Both the position numbers and the translations under genes were made by a program. From the sequence record SRR22947725_1153: a DNA stretch of 43,755 bases; one strand, written 5' to 3'. The notes below the pieces were generated by a model. That model made no database searches and was not told the DNA's origin. It worked only from the letters and a program-made list of their open reading frames with translations. Positions 21,047 through 31,820 of this stretch are shown here, piece after piece. How positions within the stretch are numbered: position 1 is the stretch's first letter; every line of letters begins with the position of its first letter.

Positions 21047-22195
21047 TTAACGAAAGATCACAGAAACGGGCGTTGGCACATCTATATGTGTGCCCGTGGC
21101 ATTCAAGGCGCCCGTTACCGGATCAATTTCAAAAACTACGATGGAGCTCGAGGATTGGTTTGCTGCCAACAAAAATTTCCCACTGGGGTCGATCCCGAAA
21201 CTTCTTGGTGTTTCTCCCTGAGTGGATTCGTTTTCAACATAGTTCAATCTGCCGCTTTCTTTATCCACTTGATATACCACGATGCTGTGATGCCCACGAT
21301 TGGATCCATACAAAAACTGCCCTGAAGGATGGATGAACAGTTCAGCCGTACTATTTCCACCCTCAAATCCTTCAGGCAAAGTGGAAAGTGAATGCAATTC
21401 TTCCAGCTTTCCCGTTTTGGAATCCCAATTGAAAGCCGTCACCGTGTTATCCAATTCATTGATCACATACCCGAACCTGTTGTTGGGGTGAAAGGCAAAG
21501 TGCCGTGGCCCGGCCCCCGGCCGAAGGGATACGGAAGAAGCTTTGAAAACATCAAATCGGTTTCGTTCGGCATCAAATGGATAGACAAAAACCTTGTCCA
21601 CCCCTAGATCAGCAGCGACAGCAAAACGATTGTGCCCGTCCAGATTGATACAATGCGCATGAGGTCCTTCCTGACGCTGGGAGTTCACGCTGGAACCCAG
21701 ATGCTGAACCACATCAGCTGTCGTTCCCAGCCCACCATTCTCTTCAATCGGTAGAACAGATACGGTACCACTCGTATAATTTGCTACCAAAACCGAGCCC
21801 CCGGTGGCGTCCACTTCGAGGTGACAGGGCGCCTTGCCTCGACTGGCTACTTGATTAATCAAATCCAGACTTCCATCCTTTTCATTCAACCGGAAAGCAC
21901 TGACCGCTCCGGTCGGTTTCTCATTGAAAGTACCGGTCTCGTTCACGGCGTATAAAAGTGACTTGGCAGGATGCAGGGCCAGGAAGGAAGGGTTCTCGGT
22001 TCTGGCGACCAATTTAACATCGGAAGTCAGCTTGCCTGTCTGTTTATCGAACCCAAACGCGTATATTCCCTCGCTATCTTTACCCGTGTAGGTTCCGACA
22101 TAAACTTTGTAAGAATCAGATTTGAGCACACACATGGACATCAAGGTGCCAAGGACACATAAAGCTAGCCCTTGGCGAAGGGAGTTGAATTTCAT
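21047..22195 (-). CDS. Exported lactonase (6-phosphogluconolactonase/cycloisomerase-2 family, 7-bladed propeller)
   Basis: VYVGTYT, NPSFLA, VANYTSG, RQEGPHAH, ADLGVD, GAGPRH, YGSNRGH, TPRSF. Signal peptide from ATG 22195. Confidence 0.92.
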   Translation of the reverse strand: MKFNSLRQGLALCVLGTLMSMCVLKSDSYKVYVGTYTGKDSEGIYAFGFDKQTGKLTSDVKLVARTENPSFLALHPAKSLLYAVNETGTFNEKPTGAVSAFRLNEKDGSLDLINQVASRGKAPCHLEVDATGGSVLVANYTSGTVSVLPIEENGGLGTTADVVQHLGSSVNSQRQEGPHAHCINLDGHNRFAVAADLGVDKVFVYPFDAERNRFDVFKASSVSLRPGAGPRHFAFHPNNRFGYVINELDNTVTAFNWDSKTGKLEELHSLSTLPEGFEGGNSTAELFIHPSGQFLYGSNRGHHSIVVYQVDKESGRLNYVENESTQGETPRSFGIDPSGKFLLAANQSSSSIVVFEIDPVTGALNATGTHIDVPTPVSVIFR

Positions 22196-22688
22196 GTATG
22201 ACATCAACCCTTATTCCAGAGCAAAAATCAAGCGACAAGTGTCCCGTCACATCCCGTTCATTCAATTCCAGGGATTGCGAATGGCTGAAGGTGGATATCC
22301 AGTCGCATGCCCGTTCCACTTGCAGGACTCAAACACGCCAGGCTTGCCAAGTGTTTGTATGAAGGAGTTATGGATATCCCCATCCCCCTTTTGTCATAAT
22401 TGCAAAAAACTTTCGTTGCGTCTTTCTCCTTGGGCGAAGCGGATGTAAGCAAAACCATTTTAGATGCGGATCGCCAGTCCAGGGTTCCGTCTGAAGGTGT
22501 TCCTGTCTTTTAACGAAAGCGACCTATTCCAACAGCAACTTCATGGTTTTAAGAAATCAAGGAAACCACGAAATATCCCTTCACTCAATTGTCAGAGTTC
22601 AGTCAAACAACCTCTACCTCCCTGGCGATTTGAGTCCCGGACGCCGGGATGGCCGTGAGAAATAAAAGCCCTCCCTCGCAAAATCCCA

Positions 22689-24284
22689 TCACTGATCAAA
22701 AGTAATAACCACACCCTCTTCCTCACCTGCCAACTGCGCACGAACAGATTCGTGACGATCGTTGATGAATCTCTTGATTTGGTGAGCGGGCCTTTTGGGA
22801 TCCATCGGATTATCGAAATCTTGTTGAGGAACGAATTCAGCATTGACGGCAATCTCAAATTTCCCGGGCCTGGGCGCAGGTTCTTTTTGAACGAATGGAC
22901 GAATGATACTGGCGATATGATCAATGTCCGCATTGAGCTGCTCAGGTATAAAATACTTGTCGAGCTGGTCCTGAATTTCTTGCAGGTAACGTTCTTTGAA
23001 AGAAGGAATCGCAAACAGTTTCTCAACAAAGAAGTTCTTTCCAATCCAAGGCTTGTGAATACTGGCATGGATTCGCTGCTTCAACGTCCCCGTCAAAGGA
23101 AACTCACCCCAGGAATGATCTAAATCCCAAGGTGCAAACCCAATCAAGTTCGTTTCGGGAGCCAGAGTCATCAGGAAATTTTGACCATTGAAAAGGATGC
23201 CATCAAAGTTCGACAACAACACCTGTCCCGCAAAAAAACGGGCAAGGTTATCCAAATCAAAGTATCGTTGGAATTCCTCCGTGGAAACGGACCCAGACAG
23301 GTTTGTCACCCATCTTGCAGCATCCATAATGTGTTTTTGCTGAGCATCGCTCAGTTTTGTTTTCGATCCATAGATTGCTTCATATGCGGCCCAATCTTCT
23401 CCAAGGAACTTCAGAAGATCGAGCGTCACTGGTTTGAGCAGTGCGCCACCTTTTTTACCGAAACTTTTATCCAGCCATGGACCATTGGGTTTTTGCACCA
23501 GCAGATAGAGCCCTAGTTGGGAGGGTGGAAAAACACCCCCAATTTCAGCGCTCACCTCAACAAAGCTCGTCCCGGGACCCGGCACGCCAATTTGCTTGAA
23601 ATAGCGATACCCCATGGTGTCACTGACACGCGACCGATCCGCAAGCAGGTTATGGAAATTCAACGTTTCCTGCTTGGCCAGACGCTGACCCTTGACATGT
23701 TCGTTGAGGTCAGCTTTGAGTGAGCGCTTGTAATTATTCTTAGACTCTAGAAAGGTGCCGTTGCCCTTGTAACGCACTGCAACATTGGTAAATTTTGTGC
23801 CATTGAAATCGAGTGATTCTGCATTGGACCAGTCAAGATCCCACCCGATCACACCGAGCAAACCAGAGCGACTGGCAACCGGATTACGCAGATTTTGCTT
23901 GGGTGATAACCCGCCTTTCAAGGGAGGAATATCCTTGGGAGAAAGCCTAACCCACTGATTACTTGTAAATTTGAAATGTGCATTCCAGACTTTGTCCCAT
24001 TGAAACAATTCAAACGCATTCGAAGGTTGTGGGTTGTGGATGATCTGTTGGCCTGAAGGCATACCATCGGTTAAAACCGGAGGTTTCAAGTCAGGGAAGA
24101 CCGACCAACCCGATTTTAAGAGAGATGAAATTATCCAAGCCGTTACACCGGGTATCTGAAAAAGAGCGATGACACCCACAATGGACAATACCAATCCGAT
24201 AAATCCGTAGAGCCCAAGAAAGAAGCATCGGATCAATATTCGCTTCCAAAGTGCCTCAGGAAGATTCTTGGGAAGGAAACGCAT
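22689..24284 (-). CDS. Membrane-anchored CotH kinase-family protein
   Basis: N-terminal hydrophobic helices. VRYKGNGTF, YKRSLKADLN, LNFHN, LSNFDG, QNF, PWDLDHSWG. Confidence 0.85.
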   Translation of the reverse strand: MRFLPKNLPEALWKRILIRCFFLGLYGFIGLVLSIVGVIALFQIPGVTAWIISSLLKSGWSVFPDLKPPVLTDGMPSGQQIIHNPQPSNAFELFQWDKVWNAHFKFTSNQWVRLSPKDIPPLKGGLSPKQNLRNPVASRSGLLGVIGWDLDWSNAESLDFNGTKFTNVAVRYKGNGTFLESKNNYKRSLKADLNEHVKGQRLAKQETLNFHNLLADRSRVSDTMGYRYFKQIGVPGPGTSFVEVSAEIGGVFPPSQLGLYLLVQKPNGPWLDKSFGKKGGALLKPVTLDLLKFLGEDWAAYEAIYGSKTKLSDAQQKHIMDAARWVTNLSGSVSTEEFQRYFDLDNLARFFAGQVLLSNFDGILFNGQNFLMTLAPETNLIGFAPWDLDHSWGEFPLTGTLKQRIHASIHKPWIGKNFFVEKLFAIPSFKERYLQEIQDQLDKYFIPEQLNADIDHIASIIRPFVQKEPAPRPGKFEIAVNAEFVPQQDFDNPMDPKRPAHQIKRFINDRHESVRAQLAGEEEGVVITFDQ

Positions 24285-24306
24285 ACCCTAGCTGAACAAT
24301 TGCAAA

Positions 24307-25203
24307 TCAAAGACTGTAGTTCGCCTGATTATAAAACCCCTCCACTCTCATGGCTTGACTGGAAGGCGAATATTCCAAAATTGAAAAAGCGTTATTCTCA
24401 GGCGCCGGACCTTCGATCACTGCATTGATGGTGAGATAATGAACGCCATTGATTGTTTTGTGTTCATTCACATGATTATGCCCCTGGAACACGGCGGCAA
24501 CTTGCCCGGAGTCTTCAAGAATTTCCCGAACCGCAGGCGCACTGTGGATGCCGTAATTCCCTCCTACATCAAGCCGCTGATGTACAAATACCACCGTGGG
24601 CTGAGTCTCCTTTGCCAGCGTTTTCTTGAGCCATTTTCGTTGCTCTTCGGGAATATCGGTATCAGTCCATTGGTAATTCTTACGACCATAACTCACGCCG
24701 TCCTTTCGATGACATGCATCCAGAAAAACCAGTCGCACACCCTTGAGGTTCAAACTACCATTGGAAGATTGCTGATTCACGCCTCTTAAAAATTCCTCCT
24801 TGGTCAAGGTGTAAATACAATGATTCCCCAGAACAAACTGGCAGGGAACCTTCAACTGTTTAAACTCCTCGTAAACCGTTTCCAAATGCGAGTATTCCTC
24901 TTCAACACTTTTACCCGCATCAATCAAATCTCCCAGACAGATCACCATATCGAGATCAGAGGCATTAAATCTTGCGATAGCTTCTTTCACCTTGGAAAGC
25001 GAATCCCGATAGTGCCTCGAACCCGCCGTCTTCAAATCGGCATAGTGAATATCAGAAATCAGACCGAGTCGAAGATTTCCAATCGCTCCCTCTCCCGCTT
25101 GTACTCCTGTGGCCACTACCAACGAAGATGCTCCAGATGTTTTGAGGAAGTGTCGCCGCGTCATTCTTGTGTTCATCGCTTTTTTTTCAAAGTGTTTATG
25201 CAT
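24307..25203 (-). CDS. Tat-exported calcineurin-like metallophosphoesterase
   Basis: Twin-arginine TRRHFLK. Motifs SDIH, LGDLID, LGNH, FVHQ, GHNH. The start may be ATG 25176. Confidence 0.88.
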   Translation of the reverse strand: MHKHFEKKAMNTRMTRRHFLKTSGASSLVVATGVQAGEGAIGNLRLGLISDIHYADLKTAGSRHYRDSLSKVKEAIARFNASDLDMVICLGDLIDAGKSVEEEYSHLETVYEEFKQLKVPCQFVLGNHCIYTLTKEEFLRGVNQQSSNGSLNLKGVRLVFLDACHRKDGVSYGRKNYQWTDTDIPEEQRKWLKKTLAKETQPTVVFVHQRLDVGGNYGIHSAPAVREILEDSGQVAAVFQGHNHVNEHKTINGVHYLTINAVIEGPAPENNAFSILEYSPSSQAMRVEGFYNQANYSL

Positions 25204-25206
25204 GGC

Positions 25207-26550
25207 TCAAGGTTTCTTGTTTGGAGGTTTTGGTGCAAAACGAGGCATTTGGTTGAGCGCGCGCCCAAGCCGCTGATGAGCTTGCTGAGACTGTCCTTCA
25301 ACTTGCTCCAGATTCAGTGGCGATTTCTCCAATTCATCTCGTGAGACATCAATCAATCGACCATCCTGGTACAACTTGTAACGCTGGTCTCTTACGAACT
25401 GGTTTTTGTATTGCCCAAGATTGCCCCACAACGGATCGTAATAACAATAAACCCAATCACGTGGACGGCCTCGTTCTCCTTTTAACTGTGGAAGAAAGCT
25501 CCTTCCCTCAACCAAACCTGGATTTGGATGTTCCGCCTTCATTGCTTCACCGAATGTCGGAAGCATATCGGAGAAATCAATCAAATCAGAACTCACCCTC
25601 CCGACCGGGGTCTTTCCTTTCCAGTAGGCAATCATGGGTACATGCGTCCCGGCATTGGGTGTGGTTCCTTTTCCACCGAGAACGACACCGGTTTGAGTGG
25701 CGGATCGAATGGATCGATGCGTGCCGTTGTCGGCGGTAAAGATAAAAATCGTCTCCTCGCTTAATTTTAATGCCTCGAGCTTGTGATGAATACGGCCCAC
25801 CAGTTTATCCATGTAATTTACCATGTGAGCGAAAAACCGTTTATCCTTCTTGTTAGGAGTATCTTTCCACTCAGGACTATCAGGCGTAGGAACAAAGGGA
25901 TCATGCGTCAGCACCATGGGATAATAAACCAGGAATGGTTTCTTCTGGTTGCGCTCTATAAAATCTAAAATGTGATTGGTAAATACGTCGGGGCCATAAT
26001 CGTGTTTCTCTGTGTCCAGTAATTTACCATTTTGCTCGATCAATGGGCGAGCATATCGTTCACCTTTAGCGCGTGGCTGCGTCAACTGCCACAAACAATA
26101 CTCATCAAATCCCGCTGCATGAGGTCGATTGGAATCCTGATAGCCATCCAACTGATAGGTCAGTCCATTCAGTTGCCATTTTCCGGCGATGCATGTGGCA
26201 TACCCTGCTTTCCTGGCGAGATTGCCAAACGTAAACTCTTTGGGGTTTAGGTAACCAAAAAATTCATAGTTGGCGTGGTTGTAGCGTCCCGTCATGATCT
26301 GGACGCGTGAAGGCGTGCACACGGGTTGTGAATAGCACTGTGTGAAACGCATTCCCTTGGCAGCCAAGGAGTCCAGTTCAGGTGTCTGGTAAGAGGTGCT
26401 ACCGTTGCTGCTCAAACATTCATAGCCCAAATCATCGGCCATGATCAGGATGATATTGGGAGGTCGCTCTGCCGCTTCGCTAACAGTCGATGAAACGCAT
26501 CCAATCAAAATAAGCGCAACGCTGATAATGGAACCAAAGGTGTGTGCCAT
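25207..26550 (-). CDS. Cys-type sulfatase, family S1
   Basis: PPNIILIMADDLG, CTPSR, AGKWQL, ADNG, GGKG..AGTHVP. Signal peptide from ATG 26550 (track start 26616). Confidence 0.92.
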   Translation of the reverse strand: MAHTFGSIISVALILIGCVSSTVSEAAERPPNIILIMADDLGYECLSSNGSTSYQTPELDSLAAKGMRFTQCYSQPVCTPSRVQIMTGRYNHANYEFFGYLNPKEFTFGNLARKAGYATCIAGKWQLNGLTYQLDGYQDSNRPHAAGFDEYCLWQLTQPRAKGERYARPLIEQNGKLLDTEKHDYGPDVFTNHILDFIERNQKKPFLVYYPMVLTHDPFVPTPDSPEWKDTPNKKDKRFFAHMVNYMDKLVGRIHHKLEALKLSEETIFIFTADNGTHRSIRSATQTGVVLGGKGTTPNAGTHVPMIAYWKGKTPVGRVSSDLIDFSDMLPTFGEAMKAEHPNPGLVEGRSFLPQLKGERGRPRDWVYCYYDPLWGNLGQYKNQFVRDQRYKLYQDGRLIDVSRDELEKSPLNLEQVEGQSQQAHQRLGRALNQMPRFAPKPPNKKP

Positions 26551-26905
26551 GGAACAAGCATGACACGCCTTCACAATCAAAGTCCAGTGTGGAAACACAA
26601 TGGGAAAAGGTTCCAAACTCCCCTGAAAACCGGACAGGATCCTTCCATCCGGCGACTCATTTACACCTTGATATTAAATCAGGTAATTGAACACGCATTC
26701 ACCGAAATCCGTTTGATCGACTGATCCTTGCTGAATCTCTTCCGAGAAAGAGCCCCATTCTATCAATAACTTCAAAATTGGACGCTTACGGTATCCAACG
26801 GAATGGAAACTGACATCTTCCTGATCACGCCCCTGTGTTCTAGGGACTCAGTACGCAGCGATTTTAGGATCGCTTTGGGCAATCACTCAATTCATCACAG
26901 ATCCC

Positions 26906-26935
26906 TTGACCCAAGCCTGAAAAAGTTACTACCGT
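26906..26935 (+). promoter_or_regulatory. Putative sigma70-type promoter for the penta-heme gene
   Basis: TTGACC (26906-26911), 18-nt spacer, TACCGT (26930-26935), 27 nt before ATG 26963. Confidence 0.35.
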
Positions 26936-26962
26936 CAGCCTTTTGAAATACTGATTATTTTC

Positions 26963-29900
26963 ATGAAACAAACATTACCTGTTTTCAAATCGTCCTGGCA
27001 GAGCAAGCTAACGCTTCCTTTAGTGTGGTTGATTACCGCATTGGCAATGGTCCCTTCGGTGTGGAGTGATCGTGTGAAAGTCGAGTATGATACCGGCACG
27101 CATCAAGATACTCGCCTTGAAAGATCGCTCTCCATTTATGTACCAGTGAACGACCCCGCGACTCCATTTGTCAACAAGGGCACTTTTGAGGCAAAACTGG
27201 AATCACAATTAATCATCAATGCACGCCAAAAGGTGACCTTCGAAATGCGCGGCCAAGGGGAAGCAAAGCTTGCAGTTAACGATATAGAAACTCTCAATTC
27301 CCTGAATGAGTCATCAGAAGCGATCACTCTTTCCGAAGGCAGGCATGAGATACGCATTCATTTCAAAAGCCCAAAAGACAAAGACGCCGCTTTGAGGTTG
27401 TTCTGGAAAACCGCTGACTTCGATTTTGAAGCGGTTCCTTCCAGCGCTCTGGCGAAAAGGGATGTCACCATGGACTCATCCCTGCGAACAGCTCGTCATC
27501 TGGTGGCCCAACAAAAATGTGTGGCCTGCCATCAGACAAACGAGCCACTTGCGATGCCGGAATTGCTCGAAAAAGGTCCCTCTCTGACCGGCTTGGGTTC
27601 GCGATTGAATCCCGCATGGGTCGCCGACTGGATCCTAAACCCAAGCGCTATCCGGGCAGGCGCCCATATGCCAACCATGTTTCGTGATGAATCTGCCGGC
27701 GAGAAAGCGGCCCATATCGCAACCTTCCTGGCAAGCTCCAGAGGTCGAGTCAAAAGATTGGGCGGTGGCGATCCTGAATCTGGCGGTCAATTATTTCAGG
27801 AATTAGGCTGCTACGCCTGCCATTCCATCCATGACGAAACATCGGATCGTATCTCATTATTATCAGTCGATAAAAAATTCCTAAACGGCGTATTGGCAAC
27901 ATTCCTTCAAACTCCCGCCCAACACTACCCAGACTCCCGCATGCCTACCTTTGATTTGTCAGACTCGGAAGCGGAAGATCTGGCGGCCTTCCTGAGATCC
28001 TTGAATAAAGATAAAAATTTCAAAAAAGAGTTGAGTTTCGGAAATCCGGACATAGGGAGAAACCTGGTGATCTCATCCGGTTGTCTGAATTGTCACGAAA
28101 TGCAGGGCATGGAAAGCACCCTGACTGCACCAGATCTATTGGCAGTATTGAATTCCGAAGAAGGTTGCCGAAATCCAGCCAGCACCTCAACCTCGGCACC
28201 ACGCTTCAACGCCGATCTTAAGGCCTTGAACCAGATAAAAGATCCGGTGCAGCAACTGATCCCCTCACTTGGCAAAAAGAACCTCGCAGAATATTCACAT
28301 CGACAATTTACCGCATTGAATTGCGTGGCCTGTCACCAACGCGATTCGATTCCATCTTTGCGCGACCAACTATCGGAGGAAGTAGCACATCTTTCAAAAG
28401 TGATCACCGTCGATTCAGGGGAAGAAAGCGCCGGACAAGCGCCACAAAAAATCCCTGCTCTGGATCATCTCGGCAGCAAACTCAAAACCGAGTGGTTGAC
28501 GACACTCCTGGAAGGAACCGTCCCAGAAAAAACACGCCCATGGCTGAAAGCTCGTATGCCCGCCTGGCCATCACGTGCTAAAAATATGGTAACAGGATTT
28601 GCTCACGCTGCAGGACTTTCCGCTGATCCGGAAATGACCAACCCGGGTTCCAACGAAACCATTGGCATTGGCGAAACACTGGTTGGTATTCAGGGATTAA
28701 GTTGTAATGCCTGTCACGCGATTGGCGATCAACCCGCACTCGCCGTCTTTGAAGGAGCAGGACCTAATCTCAAACTGACTCCGGGGCGTTTACGCAACGA
28801 ATTCTATCATCAGTGGATGCATTTCCCGCAACGGGTGACTCCGACGTCCATCATGCCACGCTTCGCCGAGAATAATATTTCACCCTTGAAGCAATACTTT
28901 GACGGGAACGCTGACAAACAGTTCACCGCCATTCATGACTACTTGTTCAAATTAGCAAGCGACGTGCCTCCGGGGATGCAGCCCGGTTTGATCGGGGAAT
29001 ACTACAAAGTATCAGGCAACAGAGATCGGTTCATACGCCGACTGAACAGAGCGACTCCTTTCTTCCTGCGTATTGATCCGAAGATTGATTTCCCAAATAC
29101 CAGTGATGGTTTTTACGGTACGAAGTTGAACGATCAATTCCTTGTTCGTTGGCATGGATCGCTGAAGATACCTTCCGATGGCACCTACCACTTTCACTTG
29201 AGCTCCGATGATGGTTCACGATTGTCCATCGATGGCAAATCCATTCTTGATTTCCTTGGGCCCCATTCCTTCGGTGAAAAATCAGTGATGCTCGAGCTCG
29301 GAAAAGGCAAACACGAAATCGAGCTGCTCTACGAAGAAATCGGAGGAGGACAAGGTTGTCAACTGGCATGGACGCCACCAGGAGAAAAGAAACAGATCAT
29401 TCCATCTGCTCATTTTCTCCATGCTAAAAAGGCCTTTTCTTCCATTCGATGGAATCGTGCTAAGTGGGAAGATACCGCCGAAAAAGAGAAGCCGATCGCT
29501 CGTGAAATAGCGCGCAGAACAGAATCGATTCCAGCAAAATACGGATCATTGATTGGAACGGCTGCACGTATTGGAAGCGATGCACGCGGAGATAATGTTT
29601 CCTTCCGCAGCCATGTAGTCAAACTTGATCAGGAAGGAAACGCAGGCATCGTGTTTGACACCGATACCATGCGCGTATCGGGTGCCTGGCTGAATGGCGG
29701 CTTGAGACTCGAAGGTCTGCCGTTCACAGGTGGCCACGGTGCATTTCCAAGTCTTCGAGAACAAGCATTGTTTTCAACAGGATCGACTCCGGGCTGGGCA
29801 GATGCAACTGGCAACTTCGTGGATCCTCGCCGAGGCGCTTACCCTCCCCTGGGACATCTACCGAAGGACTGGACGCACTACAAAGGACTGTACCGTCATG

Positions 29901-31774
29901 GTGATTCGGTTGTTTTCCATTACACGGTAGGCAACACCAAAGTTCTGGAGCATCCTTCACTGATCCAGAATGAGGATCAGAAAATCATTTCTCGATTATT
30001 GGAAATCGCGCCGCACACAAATGCAAAAACAATTGCATTGGCTGATGCAGGTGATCAGGCATCACAAGTAGACCCCATGACGCTTCAGCTTGGTACGACC
30101 CGTGTTCGTTTGAACACTCCATTATCCGGAGCAACGCTTGAAATCAAGGACGGACAAGCTCGATTGACACTTCCGCCAGCGCAAAGAACCTACCAGGTAG
30201 AAATTTTGTTCTGGTCCGGTATGAAGCCTTTGCCTTCACTTGCCAGCCGCAAACCAACACCCATATGGGAACTACTCAACGGTGGACCTGTAAGATGGCC
30301 GGAAGTTGTGATCACCAAGGGAGAACTTGCGGAAGAGGATGTCGACGAACCCTACGTGCTGGACCGCATCACCCTGCCCTATGATAATCCATGGGGACTC
30401 AGTGTAAGAGTAGGTGGGTTTGACTTCTTCTCGGACAACACCAGCGCCGCTCTCTGCACATGGGACGGAGATGTATGGATCGTGAAAGGCATCTCTGACA
30501 GCCTTGAACAGTTGGAGTGGAAACGTTTTGCATCAGGCATTCATGAGCCACTGGGGTTGAAAATTGTCGATGACATCATCTACACGTTGAGTGATGACCA
30601 GATCACCCGTTACCATGATCTCAACAAAGATGGAGAGGCTGACTATTACAAAAACTTCAACAACGATTGGGAACTAACCTCTGGATTCCACGCATTTCTC
30701 TTTGATCTTCACACAGATCCCGAGGGAAACTTTGTCTTTGCCTTCGGTTCCCCTGTGCGAGGTGGTGGTCGAAGTTTTGAACGTATGAGTAATCATCACG
30801 GTTCTGTACTCAAAGTCAGTAAAGACGGCTCAACCTTGACCAAATATGCCAGCGGATTGAGAGCCCCCAATGGGATCGGCGTAAGCCCCACAGGTCAGAT
30901 CACAACAGGAGATAACGAAGGGACTTTCGTGCCACGCTGCCCTATCAACTGGGTAAGTGAGGATGATTTTCTTGGAGTGGTGGATTCTTACGAACGCCGT
31001 GACCAGTTAAAAACCACTGCCACCGTCAAGGAACGGCGCATGGGGCGCGAGCCTTATCTTGAACCCTCTGAAGAACCAAGACCCCTCGCATGGCTGCCCA
31101 AGGGTGTCGATAATTCAGGTGGCGGACAAGGTTGGGTGACAACTTCCAAGTGGGGTCCTTTTGAAGGAGAAATGTTGCATGGTTCTTACGGACAAAGTTC
31201 CCTCTATCTCGTTTTGAAAGAACGTATCGGAGATCAAATGCAAGGGGGTGTTGTGAAATTCCCCCTTCGCCCGACTTCGAGTGTCATGCGTCTTCGCTTC
31301 AATGAACGTGATGGACAACTCTACATTTCCGGATTGAAAGGCTGGCAATCGAATGCTGGACGCGATGGCGGATTCGATCGCGTGCGTTACACAGGAAAAC
31401 CCGTGGCCATGCCTTCGGGACTGAACGTTACTTCCAAAGGGCTACGCCTGAAGTTCACCCAGCCTCTTGATCGATCCACAGCCAATGATGCTGGAAGCTT
31501 CAGCTTGAGGGGATCCGACCTATTGTGGAACCAGGAGTATGGAACCAAAGAATATTTACTCGGACAACGAGAGCTTCCTGTTAATGAAAGGAAGACCGGC
31601 TGGAGTGCCTTCAAAATCAGCAAAGCCGAGTTGCAGCCAGATGGTCAAACAGTAGAACTGACGATTGACGACTGGCAACGCGCTCACATGCTGGAGCTGA
31701 ACATCGATCTCAAGACTATTCAGGGCCAATTGATACGTACCAAGGTCAACCACACCGTTCATGTGATTCCTTGA
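26963..31774 (+). CDS. Large exported multi-domain protein: five c-type heme motifs, PA14 domain(s) and a C-terminal PVC-type dehydrogenase-like beta-propeller
   Basis: CVACH, CYACH, CLNCH, CVACH, CNACH with four downstream MP motifs (HMPT, RMPT, RMPA, IMPR). PA14 motifs (VRWHGSLKIP..GTYHFHLSSDDGSRL). Propeller motifs GGFDFFSD, FASGIHEPLGL, SGLRAPNG, DNEG. Signal peptide. Confidence 0.8.
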   Translation: MKQTLPVFKSSWQSKLTLPLVWLITALAMVPSVWSDRVKVEYDTGTHQDTRLERSLSIYVPVNDPATPFVNKGTFEAKLESQLIINARQKVTFEMRGQGEAKLAVNDIETLNSLNESSEAITLSEGRHEIRIHFKSPKDKDAALRLFWKTADFDFEAVPSSALAKRDVTMDSSLRTARHLVAQQKCVACHQTNEPLAMPELLEKGPSLTGLGSRLNPAWVADWILNPSAIRAGAHMPTMFRDESAGEKAAHIATFLASSRGRVKRLGGGDPESGGQLFQELGCYACHSIHDETSDRISLLSVDKKFLNGVLATFLQTPAQHYPDSRMPTFDLSDSEAEDLAAFLRSLNKDKNFKKELSFGNPDIGRNLVISSGCLNCHEMQGMESTLTAPDLLAVLNSEEGCRNPASTSTSAPRFNADLKALNQIKDPVQQLIPSLGKKNLAEYSHRQFTALNCVACHQRDSIPSLRDQLSEEVAHLSKVITVDSGEESAGQAPQKIPALDHLGSKLKTEWLTTLLEGTVPEKTRPWLKARMPAWPSRAKNMVTGFAHAAGLSADPEMTNPGSNETIGIGETLVGIQGLSCNACHAIGDQPALAVFEGAGPNLKLTPGRLRNEFYHQWMHFPQRVTPTSIMPRFAENNISPLKQYFDGNADKQFTAIHDYLFKLASDVPPGMQPGLIGEYYKVSGNRDRFIRRLNRATPFFLRIDPKIDFPNTSDGFYGTKLNDQFLVRWHGSLKIPSDGTYHFHLSSDDGSRLSIDGKSILDFLGPHSFGEKSVMLELGKGKHEIELLYEEIGGGQGCQLAWTPPGEKKQIIPSAHFLHAKKAFSSIRWNRAKWEDTAEKEKPIAREIARRTESIPAKYGSLIGTAARIGSDARGDNVSFRSHVVKLDQEGNAGIVFDTDTMRVSGAWLNGGLRLEGLPFTGGHGAFPSLREQALFSTGSTPGWADATGNFVDPRRGAYPPLGHLPKDWTHYKGLYRHGDSVVFHYTVGNTKVLEHPSLIQNEDQKIISRLLEIAPHTNAKTIALADAGDQASQVDPMTLQLGTTRVRLNTPLSGATLEIKDGQARLTLPPAQRTYQVEILFWSGMKPLPSLASRKPTPIWELLNGGPVRWPEVVITKGELAEEDVDEPYVLDRITLPYDNPWGLSVRVGGFDFFSDNTSAALCTWDGDVWIVKGISDSLEQLEWKRFASGIHEPLGLKIVDDIIYTLSDDQITRYHDLNKDGEADYYKNFNNDWELTSGFHAFLFDLHTDPEGNFVFAFGSPVRGGGRSFERMSNHHGSVLKVSKDGSTLTKYASGLRAPNGIGVSPTGQITTGDNEGTFVPRCPINWVSEDDFLGVVDSYERRDQLKTTATVKERRMGREPYLEPSEEPRPLAWLPKGVDNSGGGQGWVTTSKWGPFEGEMLHGSYGQSSLYLVLKERIGDQMQGGVVKFPLRPTSSVMRLRFNERDGQLYISGLKGWQSNAGRDGGFDRVRYTGKPVAMPSGLNVTSKGLRLKFTQPLDRSTANDAGSFSLRGSDLLWNQEYGTKEYLLGQRELPVNERKTGWSAFKISKAELQPDGQTVELTIDDWQRAHMLELNIDLKTIQGQLIRTKVNHTVHVIP

Positions 31775-31791
31775 TCTGGAACTTGTTTGCA

Positions 31792-31820
31792 CTGCGGTCG
31801 CCCATACTGGACGACCGCAG
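31792..31820. terminator. GC-rich hairpin downstream of the penta-heme gene
   Basis: ctgcggtcg/cgaccgcag stem plus cca/tgg, 17 nt after the stop. No U-tract on the + strand. Confidence 0.4.

Noticed and set aside
22208..22688. 480-nt spacer with two tggatatcc copies and small hairpins; considered as an sRNA, CRISPR remnant or small ORF
   Set aside because: No regular repeat-spacer period, no recognisable RNA motif, no terminator and no convincing reading frame.
26617..26900. Short open frames in the divergent spacer before the penta-heme gene
   Set aside because: No recognisable homology or good start; more simply a divergent promoter region.
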